Assembly: GCF_000237865.1 (NCBI RefSeq)
Contig: NC_017459.1
Location: forward strand, 1,890,001 to 1,922,000
Length of the DNA: 32,000 nucleotides
Reading direction: 5' to 3'
Source of the DNA: Haloquadratum walsbyi C23
GTDB lineage: Archaea > Halobacteriota > Halobacteria > Halobacteriales > Haloferacaceae
Positions 27,198 through 32,000 of the stretch are shown here, piece after piece (the stretch's first letter is position 1; each line of letters starts with the position of its first letter). Both the position numbers and the translations under genes were made by a program. The notes below the pieces were generated by a model that saw only the letters and a program-made list of their open reading frames with translations, was not told where the DNA came from and did not search any database.

Positions 27198-27671
27198 TCA
27201 TTCATTGAATTCATTCGCCGTGACGCGGACGACAACCGTTTCTTCGACCTGGCGAAGGTCATACGATGGCAGTGTCTTATAAGAGCTATCTTCGGTTTTA
27301 GCACGTCGTGTCACATACATCGGCTCGGTTGGGGAGCCATCGACAACGCCATAGATGGCGAGTCGTTCACCGGTCTTCGATGGTGGAATCTGTTCATCAC
27401 GGACAGCAGTTGCGAGTGACCGGCTCAACCATTCATCACTCGTAATACTTGGTTCACGAATTATGGTCTGGTCAACGAATCGGAGAAGATACCAATCCAG
27501 GTCATTACACAACGAGACTGCTGCACCAAGGCTTACCGTTTCAACTGCCAGAGAATTCCGAAATGGCTCAGCAAACGAATATGTAATAAGTGCCTCTCTT
27601 GCTGTCTCCCGAGAGAGGAGTTCATATTGCACATCCGTGCCTTGCTCACCAAGAAGGCAGACGACCGTCAC
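27198..27671 (-). CDS. Conserved hypothetical protein
   Basis: This is a 157-aa ORF with haloarchaeal composition. The opposite-strand ORF looks spurious (Ser/Arg-rich). Confidence 0.5.
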   Translation of the reverse strand: MTVVCLLGEQGTDVQYELLSRETAREALITYSFAEPFRNSLAVETVSLGAAVSLCNDLDWYLLRFVDQTIIREPSITSDEWLSRSLATAVRDEQIPPSKTGERLAIYGVVDGSPTEPMYVTRRAKTEDSSYKTLPSYDLRQVEETVVVRVTANEFNE

Positions 27672-27752
27672 ACGATATTTCTCTCATAAGAAAATAAGAC
27701 GTTATCGTTATAACGGTTACATAGTATATACTATTTTAGTGTTATACTACAC

Positions 27753-28049
27753 CTAGTCTGCATCAAGCCAAAGCGTTGCACACTCCTCATCGCAAAATGC
27801 GAGTAAACGGCGTTCCCGAGTCAACTTGGATCCGGGGGGCGGCGTTCGCTCGCGATCTAACTCAACTTGACAATGACCATGCATTAAATAAATCGATTCT
27901 TCACACGTTGGGCACACTTTTGTTGTGTCCTTCCAGTCGCTTCGATGAATGACTTGTCGGACGGTCCATTCGGGGGTGGTTGGGTGAGGACGACACGTTC
28001 GTGACATAATCGTAATTAGGGTATCAAGCCATGTAAATGCATTTTTCAC
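27753..28049 (-). CDS. Small cysteine-rich (zinc-binding-like) protein
   Basis: The cysteine pattern is C..(H)...CPTC...HGHC...FCDEEC. The likely start is ATG 28007 (MSRTCRPHP). Confidence 0.45.
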   Translation of the reverse strand: MKNAFTWLDTLITIMSRTCRPHPTTPEWTVRQVIHRSDWKDTTKVCPTCEESIYLMHGHCQVELDRERTPPPGSKLTRERRLLAFCDEECATLWLDAD

Positions 28050-28394
28050 CGATTGTTCAGGTAAGATTGGTTGCGAACAAGATACTTTGTTATATAATTA
28101 TGAATAAGTGTACAAATGATTTCTTACATTTCATCTTGGGTAGTAACCGTTGAATGGATACTTTTGAATATTACTGACATCCTTCTCCACTTGCACACAC
28201 ACGTATTCTCCCTGATTTTAATCGATGTTCGATATACCATATACCTGATATCAATGTCTTGTTGACATTTATTAAGCCGAGTTCAATCAGAAACAATCCT
28301 ATATATCGCCATCTGAATATACCGATCTGAGCTACCTCGGCACACGGTGGATTATGATGTACGGTTTAAACGCCAGATTTGAATCCCATCAGTA

Positions 28395-29600
28395 TCAAAA
28401 TGTTGTAAGTTCATCATTGATGACACGCTCTGTAATGCTCGTAACATCAGCGAGTCGATTATCAATAATTGCTCGAATTTCAGGCTCAATTGCTTGAAGA
28501 TTAACATTTGATTCGGTCACAATCTTTGCATCTGCAATGTGTGGTTCATCAATTGGACGACCAATCTGTGAGAGAAGTCGAATTTGTAGGTCACGGATTC
28601 CATCAACATCAGCAACGACTGATTCAGCAATGTCGGTTGAAAGAAGATTATATATTTTTCCGATATGATTTACTGGGTTTTTCCCTGAGGTAGCCTCCAT
28701 ACTCATTGGTCGATTTGGCGTGATAAGCCCGTTAGCACGATTCCCACGCCCCACAGACCCATCATCACCCATTTCAGCACTTGTTCCTGTAACTGTCAGA
28801 TAGATAGATCCGGTATCATAGTCGTCTGCAGTGTTAACTGCAACAGTGACCTCGCGGTTTGTATGCCTGTGCGCGACATCGGTAACGAACGCACGGATGT
28901 TCTCAATAGCATCAGCATAATCTTCAAGATCAGCGACGTAACGATCAATCATCGCAGCAGCAACAGTGATGTCAATGCTGTTATTCTCTCGTTTTCCCAT
29001 TACTTTGATATCCGGACCAATAACAGGATGATTGTCAGCATATGGACCATTAAGTTGCATCTCAACAGCTTGAACAATTTTTTCTGTCTCTGTGAGAGGT
29101 GCATGTCCCACACCAAATGAGGTATCATTTGCCATTGGAATCTCAACGTTATTTTCGCCGAAGACATCTTTGAGATCTCCAGACCCCTGTCCGAGACGAA
29201 CGTCAACGATGACATCTGTCCCGAGAGTCAGTGCAGGGATATTTTCGCGAAGATATGTTCGAGCTGCGCTCACTGCTGTCGAATCAACTGGCAATCGTTG
29301 CCCATTATATTTTTTTGTTGCACGCCCAACTATCAGAATATACATCGGCTCCACAACCTCGCCGCCACCAAAGTCCGGAATCGATTCACCAGCTACTAAC
29401 TGTGTTTCATCGGTATTATAGTGTAAAACGTGACCAACACGGTCGAGATACAATTGTGATAGCGCACGTGAAACGGTCTCTGCAATGCCATCACAAATAG
29501 AGTCTGGATGACCAATCCCCTTTCGTTCGACTATTTCGACTCGCTGATCCTCAACAGCGTCACGATTGGCTGCCTCAATTGCAATATTCCGCTCAGTCAT
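28395..29600 (-). CDS. metK: S-adenosylmethionine synthetase, archaeal type
   Basis: MTERNIAIE...[21 protein letters not shown] is the archaeal MAT signature. Alternative starts lie at 29624 and 29666. Confidence 0.9.
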   Translation of the reverse strand: MTERNIAIEAANRDAVEDQRVEIVERKGIGHPDSICDGIAETVSRALSQLYLDRVGHVLHYNTDETQLVAGESIPDFGGGEVVEPMYILIVGRATKKYNGQRLPVDSTAVSAARTYLRENIPALTLGTDVIVDVRLGQGSGDLKDVFGENNVEIPMANDTSFGVGHAPLTETEKIVQAVEMQLNGPYADNHPVIGPDIKVMGKRENNSIDITVAAAMIDRYVADLEDYADAIENIRAFVTDVAHRHTNREVTVAVNTADDYDTGSIYLTVTGTSAEMGDDGSVGRGNRANGLITPNRPMSMEATSGKNPVNHIGKIYNLLSTDIAESVVADVDGIRDLQIRLLSQIGRPIDEPHIADAKIVTESNVNLQAIEPEIRAIIDNRLADVTSITERVINDELTTF

Positions 29601-29681
29601 TATTCTCGTTTCTTCATCGGTCATCCTATAACTTGTGGAAACCTTCTCAAGAAGAAATATTACCACGAAAAATAAAACAGA

Positions 29682-30257
29682 TTACTCATCAAGTAATAAC
29701 CCAAGATACGAACTCCGAATCTGATCATCTGGATTTAATCCCAAAGCTCTAATTGTATCAGTGAGATCTGACCGCACAGTAGGGACGTCTGACTCGGTTG
29801 ATGTTGTTGCCTCAGCCTCAACAAACTCACCAAGATCACGAACATTATCAAGTACAACTGTATGTGTGGTATCGTCCGAATGTCTGAAGGTATAGATATC
29901 ACGATGTTTCACCACTGTGGCAGCAGGATCGAATCCTAATTCATCAAAAATAGCAGCAACTGTCGTATCATCGGCGACTGCTACTTCATACTCTTCCCGC
30001 GTTTTTGATGTTGCGTCAATCCGAGGACCCTTGTATGTGAGCTTAGTTGTTGATGTGGCTGTATCGGCTTCATCAGACACATCACGCTCCTCTCGCCGAA
30101 TTCGAAGCGCCTCATCTGTTGTTGCAAAATTGCGATGTGGTGCATTATAATATGTATCACGCTGTTCGACATGCCCAACATATGTCGAGTTGGCTTCAGT
30201 GAGCGCGGACTCAACTCTATCATGAGACGCACGGATCTTAAGTTCAACCTCGTACAC
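29682..30257 (-). CDS. CYTH-domain protein (CyaB-like class IV adenylate cyclase / triphosphate tunnel metalloenzyme)
   Basis: It has the N-terminal ExExK motif (MYEVELKIR), then QRDTYY, LRIRRE and the tunnel beta-strand pattern. The start is GTG. Confidence 0.7.
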   Translation of the reverse strand: MYEVELKIRASHDRVESALTEANSTYVGHVEQRDTYYNAPHRNFATTDEALRIRREERDVSDEADTATSTTKLTYKGPRIDATSKTREEYEVAVADDTTVAAIFDELGFDPAATVVKHRDIYTFRHSDDTTHTVVLDNVRDLGEFVEAEATTSTESDVPTVRSDLTDTIRALGLNPDDQIRSSYLGLLLDE

Positions 30258-30556
30258 ATAGCCTCGGTATAACCGAATTGGAATAAGTTATCTGGTCTGC
30301 TAGGTCGACATTGCTGATAGTCTGAGGATCGTTCTCTTGCGTAAAAAGATTGTATTTATTTAAATATATTTGTAATCGATTTAGTTGGATACAAGGGCTA
30401 AGTCTCTATCCATAAGAAGTAAATTGTAGATGTATGAACATGATGCAGAAGTCGATCCGAGGAGTCTATTGTCGTGATAATTGGTATTGAGCGGTATGCG
30501 ATAATATGCAGGGTCGAAACGTGATTCTTAAGAGTCAGACGGGAGATATTCAGTAT

Positions 30557-31609
30557 ATGAGTGACGAACCGCAGGCGGAAGAGGCCGATACGGCCGATTC
30601 GGGCATTCAAGACGGTGACTTTGTCCGTCTTGCATACACCCTCCGAACGCAGGAAGATAAAACCGTCATCGACACGACAGACCCAGAGGTCGCTGAAGAA
30701 GCAGGGTTAGATGACGATGAGCGTGAATTTGAGCCTCGTGTATTAGTTATTGGTGCAGGACATCTTTTCCCCTCAGTCGAAGATGCGATTCTCGACACAA
30801 CTGCTGGCGACAGTGGGGCTGTTGAAATCCCTGCGGATGATGCCTTCGGTGAGTATGATGAGGATGAGGTCCGAACAATCAGTGCAAATAAGATTGATGA
30901 CGATAATCAGTACCCTGGCGCGCAAGTGCAGATTGATGGCGATCAGGGTCGGATTATAACCATAATCAACACACGTGCACGGGTAGACTTCAACCATCCA
31001 CTCGCTGGTCAGGATCTTGAGTATGAATATGAAGTGCGTGATATCGTTGAGGATCCTGAAACAAAGGCTGAAAGTCTACTTGGAATGTATCTCCAAACGC
31101 CTCCAACCGTTCGAATTGAGACTGATACAGTCGAAGAAGAGCAACCTATTGAGACAGCAGACGAATCAGAGACTGCGGCTGAAGATGATGTCGATGCCGA
31201 TACTGAGTCGGAGATTGAAGCAGAAGTTGAGCCACCAGTCGAAACTGAAACTGAGACGGTTGAAGTTGAAAAGGAAACACTCTATGTGGACTCAACGCCT
31301 GAAATGCAAATGAATCAACAGTGGCTCTTCTCAAAACAACAGATTGCAGAAGAGGTTATTGACCGGACTGGTATTGACCGGATGATTATTCAAGAAATCC
31401 TTGATGGACGAGGTGGCATGATGGGGGGTCTTGGTGGCATGATGGGCGGTATGGGTCCTGAACTCGATGCTGAAGACGATGTTGAGACAGATGTCGATGA
31501 GTCGGATGATGTCGATATCGAGGAAACAGTCGAAGACCTCGAAGAACTTGAAGATGTAGACATCGACGCTGAAGAACTAGCTGCTGAATTGGGCGATGTT
31601 GAAGAGTAA
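30557..31609 (+). CDS. FKBP-type peptidyl-prolyl cis-trans isomerase (SlyD-like) with a very long acidic C-terminal extension
   Basis: The FKBP core is DGDFVRLAYTLRT...VIGAGHLFPSVEDAI...VDFNHPLAGQDLEYEYEV. The tail is rich in E/D/T and contains GGMMGGLGGMMGGMG. Confidence 0.8.
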   Translation: MSDEPQAEEADTADSGIQDGDFVRLAYTLRTQEDKTVIDTTDPEVAEEAGLDDDEREFEPRVLVIGAGHLFPSVEDAILDTTAGDSGAVEIPADDAFGEYDEDEVRTISANKIDDDNQYPGAQVQIDGDQGRIITIINTRARVDFNHPLAGQDLEYEYEVRDIVEDPETKAESLLGMYLQTPPTVRIETDTVEEEQPIETADESETAAEDDVDADTESEIEAEVEPPVETETETVEVEKETLYVDSTPEMQMNQQWLFSKQQIAEEVIDRTGIDRMIIQEILDGRGGMMGGLGGMMGGMGPELDAEDDVETDVDESDDVDIEETVEDLEELEDVDIDAEELAAELGDVEE

Positions 31610-31627
31610 TTGATATGACTAGCAGTG

Positions 31628-32000
31628 AACTACCCTGTCTTACCGCGCTCGGGGCTGCTCGTTGCTTTCCTCTTGCTTATTGAGTACAGGGTTTCCTGCT
31701 TCGCTTCGCTTCGCTGTCAGAAGCATAGTGAGGACATAGAGATTCCAGACTTCACGCGTGTGGTTCGGAGTGTCTCACTCTTACTGGATAGACACTCTGC
31801 CGTACTCGTCAATGCGTGCTTCTTCTCGCACCCGAATACGGCTGAGAACACGGCGAGCATCGTGTGAAACACCGAAAACACACAGGATGCTGATTGTATT
31901 GATCAAACCGTATGACAGAGTAATGACGGCGTTGTATCCCATCCCCGCCTTACTCACTCGCTTCGCTCGTTCCTTGAGGACGGCTTAGCACCTATTGAAT
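31628..32000. mobile_element. About 380-bp non-coding repeat element, copy 2 (last few nt beyond the window)
   Basis: It has the same termini as 13381-13760 in the same orientation. It starts 19 nt after the FKBP stop codon. Confidence 0.65.

Noticed and set aside
1-32000. CRISPR arrays, cas genes or rRNA operons
   Set aside because: There are no regularly spaced direct repeats with unique spacers. The recurrent hairpins are dispersed singly, tens to thousands of nt apart, and no rRNA-like conserved sequence was seen.

Overview
This is a haloarchaeal chromosomal segment. The proteins are strongly acidic and the backbone is AT-rich for a haloarchaeon (not computed here), which resembles Haloquadratum; I cannot verify that without a search. 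Most of the window is housekeeping genes: purD (partial), dacZ-mscS, tRNA-Leu(UAG), PPAT, gshA, the fibrillarin-nop5 operon, tfb, ogg, malQ, thrS, nadE, archaeal SAM synthetase, a CYTH protein and an FKBP isomerase. On top of this sits a dense layer of IS200/IS605-type (IS1341-like, TnpB-only) DNA. It includes one intact tnpB element with clear TTAC/...GTCAA boundaries and a predicted omega-RNA region. It also includes a 375-bp tnpB-less miniature that keeps only the left end plus the omega-RNA/right-end segment, nested in an older decayed tnpB. Two GC-rich tnpB-less relatives (about 800 and 600 bp), a solo hybrid hairpin, and at least 7 copies of a roughly 40-nt GC-rich palindromic repeat complete this layer. 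The most unusual observation is that the translation initiation factor aIF2-beta gene is cleanly split into two in-frame halves by a roughly 380-bp non-coding element. That element has no terminal inverted repeats, and a second, diverged copy lies at the right edge of the window. No CRISPR array or rRNA gene is present.
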